From: Felis catus | Taxonomy: Eukaryota | NCBI RefSeq assembly: GCF_018350175.1 | Contig: NC_058368.1 | Coordinates: forward strand, 86,058,001-86,122,000 | Length of the DNA stretch: 64,000 nucleotides | Direction: 5' to 3' | Shown: positions 1-13,487 of the stretch, in pieces | How the letters are laid out: every line of letters begins with the position of its first letter | How positions within the stretch are numbered: position 1 is the first letter of the stretch | The notes under the pieces: model-generated | What the model was told of the DNA's origin: nothing | Databases searched by the model: none | The model's input: only the letters and a program-made list of their open reading frames with translations | Made by a program: the position numbers and the translations under genes

Positions 1-787
1 AATTCTCAAAATCACTCATCATCAGGGAAATGCAAATGAAAACCACAATGAGATACCACCTCACACCTGTCAGGATGGCTAACATTAACAACCCAGGCAA
101 CAACAGATGTTGGGTGAGGATGCGGAGAAAGAGGATCTCTTTTGCATTGTTGGTGGGAATGTAAAGTGATGCAGCCACTCTGGAAAACAATATAGAGGTT
201 CCTCAAAAAACTAAAAATAGAACTACCCCTGACCCCATAATTGCACTACTAGGCATTTATCCACGGGACACAGGTGTGCTGTTTTGAAGGGACACACACA
301 CCCCCATGTTTAAAGCAGCACTATCAACAATAACCAAAGTATGGAAAGAGCCCAAATGTCCATTGATGGGTGAATGGATATAGAAGATGTGGTATATATA
401 TACAATGGAGTATTACTCGACAATCAAAAATAATGAAATCTTGCCATTTGCAACTACATGGATGGAACTGGAGGGTATGATGCTAAGTGAACTTAGTCAG
501 TCAGAGAAAGACAAAAATCATATGACTTCAGTCATATGAGGACTTTAAGAGACAAAACAGATGGACATAAGGGAAGGGAAACAAAAATAAAATATAAACA
601 GGGAGGGGGACAAAACAGAAGAGACTCATAAATATGGAGAACAAACTGAGGGTTACTGGAGGGGTTGTGGGAGGGAGGATGGGCTAAATGGGTAAGGGGC
701 ACTAAGGAATCTACTCCTGAAATCATTGTTGCACTACATGCCAACTCATTTGGATGTAAATTTATAAAAAAAATTAAAAAAAAAGAA
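1..787 (+). mobile_element. L1 3' end (ORF2 C-terminus, 3'UTR, A-tail), carnivore/felid subfamily
   Basis: Canonical L1 ORF2 end (ATCAGGGAAATGCAAATGAAAACCACAATGAGATACCACC...), G-rich 3'UTR, A-rich tail at ~765-787. Confidence 0.93.
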
Positions 788-1099
788 ATTCACAAGAACT
801 TGATTGTGGGATATAATGGAACCTGTTGGTGGGATCTCAGGGCAAAATTATCCTTAGGAAACCACAATGACCATGGGTGAACACTTGATGGTAGACATAC
901 TGCAATGGCTGTGAGTTTACTCAGAGAAGTAATGATTCCCTAAAAGCCCATAAGACTCTGATAATGAAGCAACGTAAAATACTCTGTGCTTCCTAAACAG
1001 TGCAGAGGAGGTGTAGAAGTATACTTCTCCAGGAGACACAAAAACAGTGAGAATTGCATTGTGCTATGACATTCAGTGTATTCTAAAGGATAAGGAAGA

Positions 1100-1860
1100 G
1101 TAAGGAAGCCCAGACCAGAAATAAATCCATGAATATATGGTTAGCTAATTTACAAGAAATAAGCCAATAATATACTATGGTGAGAGAACAGTCTATTCAG
1201 TAAGTGTAAATGCTATGCATTTTCCAGTCAGAAAACTATGTGGCCACATGCAAGCCATTATCATAAACCCTACACAAAAATTATTTTAAAAGGGATTGAA
1301 GACAAATGTAAAAATTGACACCATAAAACTTCCAGAAAAAACAGGTGGTTAACTTCCTGACATAGATATTCATAATACTTATTATTTTTAAATATTACAC
1401 AAAAGGCAAAAAGAAGAAAAGTGAAAATAAGTTGGGCTATATCAAACTAAAAATATACACAACAAAAAGAACCATCAACAAAATTAGAAGACAAACTACT
1501 GAATAGGAAAATATACTTTTAAGTGATATGTATAATAAGGGAGGCTAGTATTCAAAATAGATAAAGAAGACACAATTTCAATAGCACAAAAAATGATGAC
1601 AAAATGGACAGAAGACATGAATAGACATTGTTTTCCAAAGAAGACATACAGATGGACAAAAAGTTAAAGAAAGAAAAAAATAATAAAAGGATGATCAACG
1701 TCGTAAATAATCAGGGAAAAGCAAATAAAAGCCACAATGAGATATCACCTTACTCATTAAGAATAGCTATTTTCAAAAATACAGGGAATAACATGTTGGT
1801 AAGGATGTAGGTAAATGGGAATCTTTGTTCATTTCAGGGGGAATATATAATGAAATGCTG
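1100..1860 (+). mobile_element. Old degraded L1 ORF2 fragment
   Basis: CCAGAAATAAATCCATG... and FSKEDIQM peptide (ORF 1628-1810). Confidence 0.8.
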
Positions 1861-2266
1861 CTAACAGAAATCATCCTATGAAATGGAATTAGTGGCTTTT
1901 GGGGCTGTGAAATTTGAGTGTTTTGAAGAATAACTGGGGAGTGGCTCAGACTGATTAATCTGCACTAAATAGCATATAACTCCCATCAATCCTTTTAGAA
2001 AATGGCTCTCATTATCCCGTAGTCTATTTTTCATTTTCCTGATCACAATTAATTATCCTGATCATGTATACCTGTTATAAATTACTTTCTTAGGATTCAT
2101 CTAGTTACTTCCAGTGCCCTTCTCATAAAATATATAAACTTGTATTTCCTCCTCAGTGGTCTGAGAATGTCTAATTCCATACAGAGTTCTTTGCCCAATC
2201 TCTATACCTATCACTTCCCCCAAAAATAAGGAAACAGAAGAATCATTTTTCACCAGGTAAGTATAA

Positions 2267-2299
<33 letters not shown>

Positions 2300-2700
2300 G
2301 GGGGTGTTTGATTTCAAAGAAACCTGGGATGTTATACTTTTTGCTCTTGTCTTCCTATTTTAGCCATTTAGGAAGATATAAGTATATAAAAATTAGTATA
2401 ATGACTAATACTATCATTTTGGACTGTTTCATAATCATTTCAATGTATTAATAAATTCTTATTACCCACAGGTTAAGAGTAAATGTATGTTCTTTCTATT
2501 TATTGAAAAATTACCACAAAGAAAACAAACAAAAAAGCAGTGAGAATATAAAATTATTTTGTCAAATCTCAATTATCTTAATTTTCTAGATTAATATAAC
2601 CTTTGTCTTCAATCTTGGAATGGTATTGTTTTAATGAGTTGTAAAAGATGAAAATGATGGAATTTTAAGACAGCCGGATTAAAGAGAACTTTTTCTAAAC

Positions 2701-3633
2701 TTATACAGAGCAGATCCTCTGAATCACTCTTCTCAGGGCTCCCATCACCTCCTTGTTTCTCAGGCTATAAATGATGGGGTTGAGCATTGGGGTCAGGATG
2801 GTGTAGAAGACAGCAAGAATCTTGTCCTCTGTTGGAGATCTCAGAGATCTTGGGCGTAGATAAGTATAAGCAAAGGGTGCATAGTAGAAAGTCACCACAG
2901 TGAGGTGTGTGCTGCAGGTAGAATAGGCCTTCTTCCTTCCTTCTGTTGAGTGCATGTGGCAGATGGCATGGAGAACTCGGCCATAAGAACATGCAATGCC
3001 AATGAAAGGAAATGCAATCAAGAGTGTGGTGCTCACAAACACTGTGTACTCATAGACCCAGGTGTCCATGCAAGCCAGAGTCAGCATGGCCGGGACATCA
3101 CAGAAGAAATGGTTGATGGACCTGGATCGACAATAAGGGATATGGAGGGCATATACAGTGTGGGCACAGGAGTTGATTGAGCCCATTATCCAAGATCCTG
3201 TTATCATCAACACACACACTTTTTTGCTCATACGAATGGGATAATGAAGAGGAAAGCAAATAGCCAAATAGCGATCATAGGCCATAGAGGCCAACAGTAA
3301 CCCTTCTGCACCTGCTAAAGTCAAGAAGAAGAAGCTCTGTACCCCACACTCAATAAAGGAGATAGACTTGTTTCCAAAGAGATAATTGGATGCCATCTTG
3401 GGGACGATGGTGGAGATGTAGTTCAGGTCCATGAGGGAGAGCTGACTAAGTAGAAAATACATGGGTGTGTGGAGATGGATGTCCAGGAGGATGAGGAGAA
3501 ACATGGACAGGTTTCCAAAAAGAGCCATTAGGAAAATGATAACAATGAGAATGAAAAGAAACAACCCAATTCTTGATGGTGGAAACAACCCCAATAAAAG
3601 GAAGCCTGTTAATGTTTGGTTGTTATTTTCCAT
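2701..3633 (-). CDS. Olfactory receptor, family 2 subfamily L (OR2L2/3/5/8-like), intact, 310 aa
   Basis: Single-exon ORF with N-terminal sequon (NQT) and OR motifs LHTPMYFLLSQLS, MAYDRYLAICFPLHY, HFFCD, KAYSTCSTHL, PMLNPIIYSLRN. LFPPSRIGLFLF, DTWVYE and RPRSLRSPTEDK resemble OR2L as I recall it. Exact orthologue cannot be assigned. Confidence 0.96.
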   Translation of the reverse strand: MENNNQTLTGFLLLGLFPPSRIGLFLFILIVIIFLMALFGNLSMFLLILLDIHLHTPMYFLLSQLSLMDLNYISTIVPKMASNYLFGNKSISFIECGVQSFFFLTLAGAEGLLLASMAYDRYLAICFPLHYPIRMSKKVCVLMITGSWIMGSINSCAHTVYALHIPYCRSRSINHFFCDVPAMLTLACMDTWVYEYTVFVSTTLLIAFPFIGIACSYGRVLHAICHMHSTEGRKKAYSTCSTHLTVVTFYYAPFAYTYLRPRSLRSPTEDKILAVFYTILTPMLNPIIYSLRNKEVMGALRRVIQRICSV

Positions 3634-3652
3634 TTTCTATTCATTGGTTTTC

Positions 3653-3670
3653 CTGAAGAAAAAGAAAAAC
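3653..3670 (-). promoter_or_regulatory. Splice acceptor of the OR coding exon
   Basis: Minus strand GTTTTTCTTTTTCTTCAG|GAAAACC, 19 nt upstream of the ATG; usual OR gene layout. Confidence 0.75.
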
Positions 3671-4629
3671 TCATGTGTGAAAAATAAAGAAATGTGAGTT
3701 TTTACATTTTATCCAAACTATTTTAGTCTAATTCTGAAGTTTTTATGAAATATCTAGTTCCTTAAATAAATAATCAACATTTCTTACTTTGAGAAAGAAG
3801 TTCTATGTTGTTTCACAAAGTCACAAGGCAAGGTGATAAGCATATGCATTCAAATTATTCTGAAAAGAATCTATGAAATAATAAAAAGCAAATATAAATA
3901 CCCACCGTGTATTTATACATATCATATACGTGATATGATCATATATCATATACATATCATAAACGTGATATGTGTAATTTATGCTCTTCATAAGTTCACA
4001 TATCTAAAGTATTAAAGCTTAATTTGAGTTAAACATAAATCTTATTGCCAAGACTAACCACAAGTTGACTAATAATTTAATTAATATGGGTTTGGCTCAT
4101 GTGTATTTATTTTCTACTACTTAGACTAGGACTTTATTAAAATTAAAGATCTCCCCAGCAGGAATTCATTCATAACCACTAGATGTTTATTTTAATTTTG
4201 ACAAAGTAGACAATTTTTGAATGCCTAAAGAATCCTCAATTTGATTACTTTTTACCCATTTATTCTGCTTCTAGTCACTAATGCATAGTCACTATGCATA
4301 GTCCATTTACAAAACTCTGACCTATATTGATTGCTTCCAATCCCCTTGCAACTTTGACACGTAATCACTGGATTAATCTTACTGCACAACATTGAAAATG
4401 TTGGCTGTCTTCTACTGACAACAACGACAATATTTGTCTGAAGTGACATACTGGATGAGAGAAATATAATATTTTGCTCCTGGGCCATTTCTATAAATGG
4501 AAGGGAAGACTCAGATGTAACCTTTATTTTCCATTTCACTAACATCCTGGACAGGTATAAGAAATTATGCTAAGTCGAAACAAAATTCTGAGGCTGGTAT
4601 CATCACCCACAATTGTAAAATAAGCATCA

Positions 4630-4850
4630 TGGGGTGCCTGGGCGGCTCAGTCAGTTAAGAGTCCAACTTCAACTCAGGTCATGATCTAAAGGTCTGTGAG
4701 TTTGAGCCCTGTGTCAGGCTTTATGCTGACAGCTCAGAGTCTGGAGCCTGCTTCAGATTCTGTCTCTCCCTCTCTCTCTGATCCTCCCCTACTTGCTCTC
4801 TGTCTCTCTGTCAAAAATAAATAAATAAAAACATTAAAATTTTTAAAATA
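4630..4850 (+). mobile_element. CAN-SINE (SINEC_Fc-like)
   Basis: GGGGTGCCTGGGCGGCTCAGTCAG head, CT-rich tract, AATAAA tail. Confidence 0.93.
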
Positions 4851-6462
4851 AATGACATTCACAGAACTTGAGTAACTTATCATGAGCTAAAAAGATATAG
4901 TTTATCCTGTACCTTATGAAAAGCAAGGAATCACAAAGAATTGCTCACGTTAGCCACCCCAAACTTCCAGTAAAGTAGCTATTTAAACAAGAATTGTCTA
5001 TGTCTACTAGGCAGTATATGATGGCAAATGTCTCTAATAAATTATTTTGTGCTCAAATAAAATTGGTTTTGAGATTAAAGTCACACATTTTACATTTTCT
5101 CCTTAGAAACATGTTTCCTCTGTCCTCCTGCTCTTCCTGTATTCTCACTGGCTCCCTGCAACAACACAACAGCTCACACTTGGTCTCTACTAAATGGAAG
5201 AAGAGAGGCCTCACAATATCATTTAGCAATAAATAATATCACAGGACTTTTAAATGAAGTGTAAGCCATAGTTTCTTTCAATCAAAAAGTGTCACAGTCT
5301 AACAGCATGTTCATGAAAGAACACTCATGTTGTCTGTAAGTCAGGTTGCAGATACACATATTCTATCTTTCAGTTGCTTTGCAAGTTTGAAAGCAGCTGA
5401 TATATTGCATTTCTGTTACTCTCCTTGCATTAGTTTCTTTTCCTATCCTTTTCTTCAGAAGTTTGAAATTAAAATACTGAGAAAATGGGACTCAGTTTTA
5501 GAGTTCATGTATTTATTGTTGGTACAGAATTTTAAAATGTGCTCCTATTGTCACACAGATAAAAAAAAATATAAATAAATTAAGATCCAAATACTTACAG
5601 TAATTTCTTTAAGAACATAGCAACCAATATATAGCTGTGTCTAGAATTTGTGTCCCCTATTCAGTATGCAGAGGTCTATCTCAAAGTCAATAGTATTTCA
5701 AAATTGTGCTTCCCTTCTTTTCTCCAATGAATTTTCAGGCCAGCAATATCCTTACCAAAAGTTAGCCTGCTACAGAAGGATAAATTATAGAAATCCTTTG
5801 TGCTTTAGGAAATCTTTTAAGGAATCTAACCAGCCAAATATCCTGTACAGTAACAGACATGTTGCCTCCCTTACAGTGTCTAATCACACACCCATGTATG
5901 TAATACTCTGTGAGCTCCCTGGTTCTGCCAAAGGTTAATTCAGTCAAACACAAGGTAGCAGAAGCAAAGGAAACTTAATACTTTAATGCTTTCTATCCTT
6001 TGAATGATTTCAACATTTAAGTATCTCATTTATTATTTAAACAAATTACATTTTCAATAGCTACAAAATAAATTGGGAATGTATATTTGTGTGTTTCCAT
6101 AAAACTGCATAAATTGAAATTAATTTGAATCAAAGAATTATACACATGTGTGCACACACACAGATCATGAAAATGTACACATTCTTTGTATTGTTTTTCA
6201 GGTTGAGTTGATGGTGTTACATTTCACAAGTAAATTGTATAGAATTTGATGTCTAACCTTTCCATTATTTCTATTCCTGCCACTTGTAAATAATTTGATA
6301 CTGAACAGGTAAATTCAACTCTGTGAGCTTGCAACTTAAAAATCAAGCAAGCGTAAAAATTAAATGAAGTGATAGTTACTTCTGTCAGTTCATTGCTTAT
6401 AATTTACTTGCTTATAATAGTTACTGCTATCAGTACATTTGACTTATAATTTATCATTAATG

Positions 6463-6670
6463 CAGTGATACTAACAGTCGGTGGTGTGAATCTACCTTCT
6501 CCTCTTACCCAAGGGATATCATGCAATGTCTAGAGATGGTTTTGGTTATCACTAGTGGGGAGTTATACTGGCATCTAGTAGATGCTGCTAAATATTCTAC
6601 AATGTACAGGTTACTCACAGATCAAAAAATTTTCCCCAGAATATTAGTTTTGCTGAAGTTGAAAAACTCT
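6463..6670 (+). mobile_element. MER20-like hAT DNA transposon fossil
   Basis: GCAATGTCTAGAGA...CTGGCATCTAGT...GATGCTGCTAAATATTCTACAATGTACAGG...GTTGAAAAACTCT follows the recalled MER20 consensus. Confidence 0.75.
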
Positions 6671-6754
6671 AAATTAATGGTAGATTTGATCATCTTTTCC
6701 ATCTTTATTTTCTTCATTTGACACTCATCATCTACTAAGATTATACAATGATTT

Positions 6755-6978
6755 CTTTTTTTAAGTACATTTTTAAGAGAGAGAGAGAAAGAGAGAGATA
6801 GAGAGCTGGGGAAGGACAGAGAGAGAGAGGGAGACACAGAATCCCATGCAGCCTCCAGGCTTAGAGCTGTCAGCCCAGAGCCTGGTGCCAGGCTCGAACT
6901 CACAAACCACATGATCATGCCCTAAGGTGAAGTCTAAGAATTTGGATGCTTAACCAGCTGACCCACCCAGGCTCCCCA
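6755..6978 (-). mobile_element. CAN-SINE
   Basis: GA-rich tract, then reverse-complement SINE body ending CCACCCAGGCTCCCC. Confidence 0.9.
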
Positions 6979-7849
6979 TGTTTTTAATTCTTTTTTTTTT
7001 CATTTTTGTTTCTTTATATTCCCATTTGATTCTCAAAATGCACTGCCAGCTTGTCCATGCAACGACCATTATGCCGATTGCACTACAGCTTTCGTGATGC
7101 ACAAGGCAAAAGAACAACAGTCAGCACTAGGTAAAGCCTTGTAAATACTTGGTATTTACCATACTTGGTAAAACCTTGTAAATACTACCTCCCCCCACCA
7201 TCCAGCTGGCAAAATCACATGGAAGAAACAACACACCCTAGTTTATTTATTGAGGACTTGACAGCAGATCATCTGTGCATCCCAGTTGAATTCAGTTCTC
7301 ACAAGAGTGGACACTGAACAAGCCTATTTCAGCAAGTCTCAGTCTGACCCTTATCTCTCTTCCAAGTTAGCTATCATGTCTGTAAATATGCTCTGAAAAC
7401 AAACAAATCCAACACAACACTGTTCCCTGCGCTTGTTCCACAGGCACTCTGCTTACTAACATTGTTGTGTAAAATGTAATCAGCTGTGGCACCACCTGTG
7501 GTCTCACTCTGAACTCGGTGTCTTAACTGACTGTCCAAATGGCAGCATCACCTCCTTAGAGATACTCAACCACGATGAGAAAAGGGTAATTAAAAATGGA
7601 ACTAAAATGTTTATAATCATATCAGGTGCCTACATGTGAACATCTTCACTGCCTAGAGTAGAATATCCATATGAAAGTGTCACATTACAAACATGCTCAC
7701 TTTTGCTGTCACCTTTGTCTGCTCCATGTTAGAGATTCTGCATCAGGCTCTAGCCATATTATACCATTCAAAAATACCTGTCCCACAGTCCTGGAGTTCC
7801 CTTCCCTGAGTTTTCTGATGCATTAAATCTTACTTACATTTTAATTGTC

Positions 7850-8063
7850 TTTTTTTTGAAAATTTTTAATGTTTATTTTTGAGACAGGGAGATAGTGTGC
7901 GAGTCAGGGAGGGACAGAGAGAAATTGAGGCAGAGTATGAAGCAGGCTCCAGGCTCTGAGCTATTAGCACAGAGCCCAATGTGGGGCTCAAACTCAGGAA
8001 CCTTGAGATCATGATCTGAGCTGGAGTCAGAAGCTTAACTTACTGAGTCCCCCAGGTGCCCCC
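7850..8063 (-). mobile_element. CAN-SINE
   Basis: Reverse-complement SINE ending CCCAGGTGCCCC. Confidence 0.9.
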
Positions 8064-8399
8064 TATTTTCATTATCTCTTAAATATATCGTGTTATATAA
8101 ATTTATTTGGTCAACTCAGGATAGAGACATTTTCTGTCATTTGCCATTCTCTTCTAGCTCACTTATAATTTACTTTAGCATCCATCACCTATATGGATGC
8201 TATATAGCAAGTATCTATATTTCATGAATGTGCAGCCTTGAGTGTAGGGCTGTGTCTTATCCCCCATAATTCAGGTAAGAAATTTATATATAATATCAAC
8301 CATTCCACCATTTTTCACTAGGATAGATTATGATCACAAAAGTTCTCCCCAGAATTGAAGATAATGCATATTTTATGTATAAACATTATTGTCTCTAAA

Positions 8400-8610
8400 T
8401 TTTATTTAGTATTTTTCATGTTTATTTATTTTGAGAGAGAGAGAATGAGAGCATGTGAGGGGACAGGGGAGCAGAAAAAGAATCCCAAGCAGGCTCCACA
8501 CTGTTAGTGCAAAGTCTAAAGAAGGGTTCTATCTCATTGGACTGTGTGATTATGACCTGAGCTGAAATCAAGAGTGTGATGCTTAAACCCCTGAGTCACC
8601 AAGGAGCCCC
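8400..8610 (-). mobile_element. CAN-SINE
   Basis: Reverse-complement SINE ending CACCAAGGAGCCCC. Confidence 0.88.
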
Positions 8611-8643
8611 AGAACTTTGTTTTTATGAAATTCACAATTATCA

Positions 8644-8847
8644 GGGTCCCTGGGTAACTCAGCCAATGAAGCATCTGACTTCAGCTCAGGTCATGATATT
8701 AGGGTTCCTGAGTTCGAGCTCCAAGTCAGGCTCTGAGCCTGCTCCAGATTCTCTCTCTCTCTCTCTCTGCCCCCTCACCTGCTCACACTCTGTCCCTCTC
8801 ATTTTCCCTCTCTCTCAAAAATAAATGAGCATTTAAAAATTGCAAAA
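8644..8847 (+). mobile_element. CAN-SINE
   Basis: SINE head and body; AAATTCACAA on both flanks (TSD). Confidence 0.88.
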
Positions 8848-11544
8848 AATTCACAAGTACCCATCTGGTTCTTTTAATTTTATATTCTAAATTATGTATA
8901 CAGCAATTATGTATACATTAGAGTCCAAATATAATTATCTTTTTGAAGTTTGTTAATTAATAAGATGTGAATTTATGAGTGACTTATTGCAGTGCTTAAC
9001 ACAGAGCAATTCTTTATTAGGTGTATTCAAAATCTTCCTACAGAATTTTCATGTTTCTCAATAAAAACACAAATTAGAACCCGTATGTCACTGTCTTTCT
9101 AACTTCTGGGTAGGGCCACATGCATTTGCTGAGTAAATTTCCATAAGTACAATTTCTGTAAAAATGTACAAACTCACCTCTCAATTCAGTACTTAACATG
9201 TCAGGTACACCCATGGAAACACATCTGCAATGATGTCTCTAGGCTTCTATACTTGGAGGTGAGTCTTAATATGTCTTGTTTTGGTTGTGTTCACTTGGCA
9301 ATGCTCCTGAGACTAGGACAATAGAGACAGAGTCAGAAATAATGCAGGGGGAACGGTTTTGAAAATTTCCCAGACCTTTTCATGGAATTTTGTCACTTCC
9401 AGTTCTTGGGGGAAAAGCTAAATGGTATTTATTTTAACATTTATTATTATTTAAAAAATCATGTCATTACATTTTTCTCTATTTGTGTATTTTATATACT
9501 AATATCCTGTAAGTATATAGTTATATTGTACCCAGTCATATTAATTAATTTTCTTGGTTTCATTAAATTGACCAGAATATCTAATTATTCAAAATTATTT
9601 AAATTGGATGATTTTAACTGAAGAAACATAATCTAAAGCAACATAACATGCATGATATTATGAAAGAATATCACACATATTAACATGTCTAAGTTTATTA
9701 AACTAAGTTTATTTATTCAATTAGCTTATGTTACATGTAAAATTTATTTGAATGTATTTCTTGATCTTCTCATTTTTGATCTTCCACACAATTTGGAATT
9801 TGCTTTCAAAAATAGCAGAAGTTTAGGTGGTTCAAATGTATAAACATCTAGTAATAAAGTGATTATACATTATCAAGGTTTTATTTTGCATTCTGTTGTA
9901 AACACCAGATAAAAATAACATAGGTATTACCACAGAGGATATATTATTCACTGTAGTTTGTGATATTTTGAAACCATATGTAATAAAACTTTTAACCTGA
10001 ATAATACCTACCTGTTCTTAGTGTTTACATATTTCAAACAATAAAATTAAGATAATATTGATTATCTTAGCAAAAGTATGAAAAAGAAAATATTTAAAAG
10101 TTTTTGGCAAAAAAAATGATCTCAATGGCAAAGTGCATCAAATTTGCAATCCAAGGGAGTTGGACAAAGCATTTTTTGAAATGATTAAACACTTGATTTT
10201 TCATATTAAAAAAAAAAAGTCTTGAAGAAACAGAGTCCAGTGTGTCTTCTATCTTCCTTAGAGAACAAAAAACTGTCTATGATGAAAAAGTTGTTGAGAA
10301 CTTTCATTTGACCTATGGAAGGAAGTTAGAATAAATTTTACAAAGAAGACATTTTACACTCTATTTTAAAATGACCCTTGGTGGTCATAAGTATAGTTAT
10401 TGGAGATCTGAGATAAGTGGCACCCTCTGGATAATTGGAGATACTAAACTATGGAAGCATGTGGCCTGCAACTGAGAGCAGAATCATCCCTACAGAATGG
10501 CCAGTGCATGGGGAGGCTGTAGGATGGTGGACAGATTAGGACGGCTGTATGTCCCCAGTTACCAACTGAACATGGCACAGGGCTATAGAACAGGCTTGGC
10601 TGGCAAATGGAGCAGACAGTGAATGGAGGATAAGGCTGAATTTGGAATAAACCTGATGCCGGTTAAGCCCAAGGTGGAAGTTAAGGCAGCAGGTGGGAAG
10701 AGATGTCAAGACCTTCCTTCTTATTCTCCACAATGCATGACCTGTGCTTTCAAAGCTGAATATGAGGGCAAGATAGAGATGCATCAAAGTCAAACTCATG
10801 ATAACAATTAAGATCAATATGTCCAAGGAAGTTTATCTTCCTGAGTTCAGGACGAAAGAGGAAAAAACGAAAGCAGAAATTCCTATTTGGCAGAGTATAA
10901 CCTTGGACCAACAAGTTGTAAATATAGAAATTCTTCAGTCCCTTAAAATGGTAATTTTACTTTTTTTAATTCTTTTTCTTCTGTGAATAGAAGTAGGTTT
11001 TCATAAAATAAGATAAATTCAAAAGAAGTCAAGTAGTATTTCAATATATGACAGTGGTGAATTCAAGCAGTAAAATAGAAATGAAATCAGAATGAACAGA
11101 ATGTAAATTGAAACCTGGATAATCTTAAAACATCTACTAAAGCTATAATTACCTGTGCTATTTCCAAATAGTTGATTCAAATATAGAAATACTATATTTC
11201 TTCACATATGGGCAAGTTAAGTCATTCTTATATCATCCTTGAGTTCCAGTTTAGATTTTCAAAAGAAAATCTGGAAAAATAGTCTTAAAATATTTAATTT
11301 AAAGAAAATTCATGTTACTTAAGATATTTATATAATTTTGAAATACATTGAATTGTTCTAGGATTTATCATTCTTCTAAATATATGCAGAATATGCTGCA
11401 CATATAATTTTTACAAGGTGAAATAAAGCAATCATTAACATCACTACATATTTTAAGCATATCACAAAACTTGGCATCATGGTGAATCATTCCTGTCACA
11501 AGTTAGCAAATTATTAGGACAAATTCTCATAGTGTGTTAAGCTA

Positions 11545-11646
11545 CAGTAGGGCAATCAAAGTTAGCTACAACAATAAGAAAATTTAGTATCTTAAAATAA
11601 CAAAGTTTTCTTGTATTTGGTGAGACACTGTGACATTAATGGGTTG

Positions 11647-11695
<49 letters not shown>

Positions 11696-11890
11696 GGTAT
11701 GTCCTTCTGGATCATGTGACTGCCACTATCTCCATGAAAGAGTCTCCATGAAAGGTGGCTGGCTGGAAATGATACTTTATTTTTTGGCGTTCAACCTATT
11801 TTCTAAAAAGGTAATCACATGGGTATAACTTAAATACCACAGAAGCTGGGAAATAAAAAGGAATACAGAAGTATTTGTTAAGCACTGTCT
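11545..11890. mobile_element. Old MaLR (MLT1-like) LTR fragment containing a (CT)n microsatellite at 11651-11692
   Basis: GGCTGGAAATGATAC...AATCACATGG...AGAAGCTGGGAAAT resembles MLT1; highly diverged. Confidence 0.45.
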
Positions 11891-12927
11891 TTGGTACATA
11901 TAGTGAATATAATATGTCTTTGGTACATATGGTGAATATAATATAATGTATATAATGTATTATATATATTATTATATATTATTATTATATATAATATATA
12001 TATAATATATATATATTATATATATATATTATATATATTATTATATTTTATTATATATTATTATTATATACTATTATTATATATATAATATATATAATAT
12101 ATATAATATATATATTATATATATTATACTATATATATTATAATATATAATGTATATAATATATATAATTATATATATAGTATATTACATATATATAATA
12201 TATAATAATATATATTATATATATTATATATTATTATTATATATTATTATTATATATAATATATATATTATATATATTATATATTATAATATATATATAA
12301 TATTATATATATATTAATATATATATTATATATATTATATATATTATTATATATATAATATATTATATATATTATCATATATATATAATATATATAATAT
12401 ATATTATATATTATAATAATATATATTATAGTATATATATTATATATATTATAATATATATTTTATAATTATATATATAATTATATATTATAAATAAATA
12501 CATTATATATATTATATATATAATAAATATTATATATATAATAAATATTATATATTTTTATATAATATATTTTTATTTATTTTTATTTATTTTTATATAT
12601 TTTTATTATATATATATAATATATATATTTATATATAAATATTAAATATTATATATAAATTATATATATAATATATATAATTATATATATTATATATATA
12701 ATATATATAATATATAATAAAAAAATAATATAATAATAATATAATATAATAAATATATAATATAATATAATATGATATAAAATATAATATAATAAATATA
12801 TAATATAATATAATATAATATAATATAATATATAAAATATATCAACTATATATTATATATAATGTAATATATAATATAATATAATATAATATAATATAAT
12901 ATAATATAATATAAAATATATCAACTA
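11886..12927. repeat. ~1 kb AT-only low-complexity array with (TA)n and (ATATA)n blocks
   Basis: Seen directly; only scattered G/C bases between ~11940 and 12920. Confidence 0.97.
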
Positions 12928-13062
12928 AATGTACAGAATTACTATTAATGAAGAATGATCTTGTATCTACATAAAAGAAGTTAATAAAGATATGGAATGT
13001 TTTATTCAATTTTGTTTCTTTTGTAATTTTATTCAATTTTGGTTTTTTTAAATATATCTATA

Positions 13063-13265
13063 GGGGAACTGGGGTACCTTAGTCAGTTAAGGGTCCGATT
13101 TCAGCTCAGGACATGATCTCATAGTTTGTAAGTTAGAACCCCGCATGGGGCTTTCCTCACTCAGCACAGAGGCTGTTTCAGATCCTCTGTCTCACTCTTT
13201 CTCTACCTCTCCGACCCTCCTCTCTCTAAAAAATAAATAAATATCAAAAAAAACATAAATAAAAT
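13063..13265 (+). mobile_element. CAN-SINE
   Basis: Diverged head; AAAATATATCT on both flanks. Confidence 0.87.
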
Positions 13266-13487
13266 ATATCTGTAAATGTAAATGAACAGATGAGTAGAGG
13301 TTCATAAACAGAGAGAAGCAGAGAAAATTCATAAATAACCAGTTTTAGAGGAAATTTTATTTAAATTCTCATAATGCCATTGTAAGACTAATATTTTGTT
13401 AGAAATTACAAATGGGAAAAATGGCACACTAAGATTAAACAAATCATTCAATCTAATTGTATTAGAAAGTGGTAAAATCATGAGTTG

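Noticed and set aside
7487..7503. CTCF-like motif GCACCACCTGTGGTC
   Set aside because: One base short of the consensus spacing; not supportable without data
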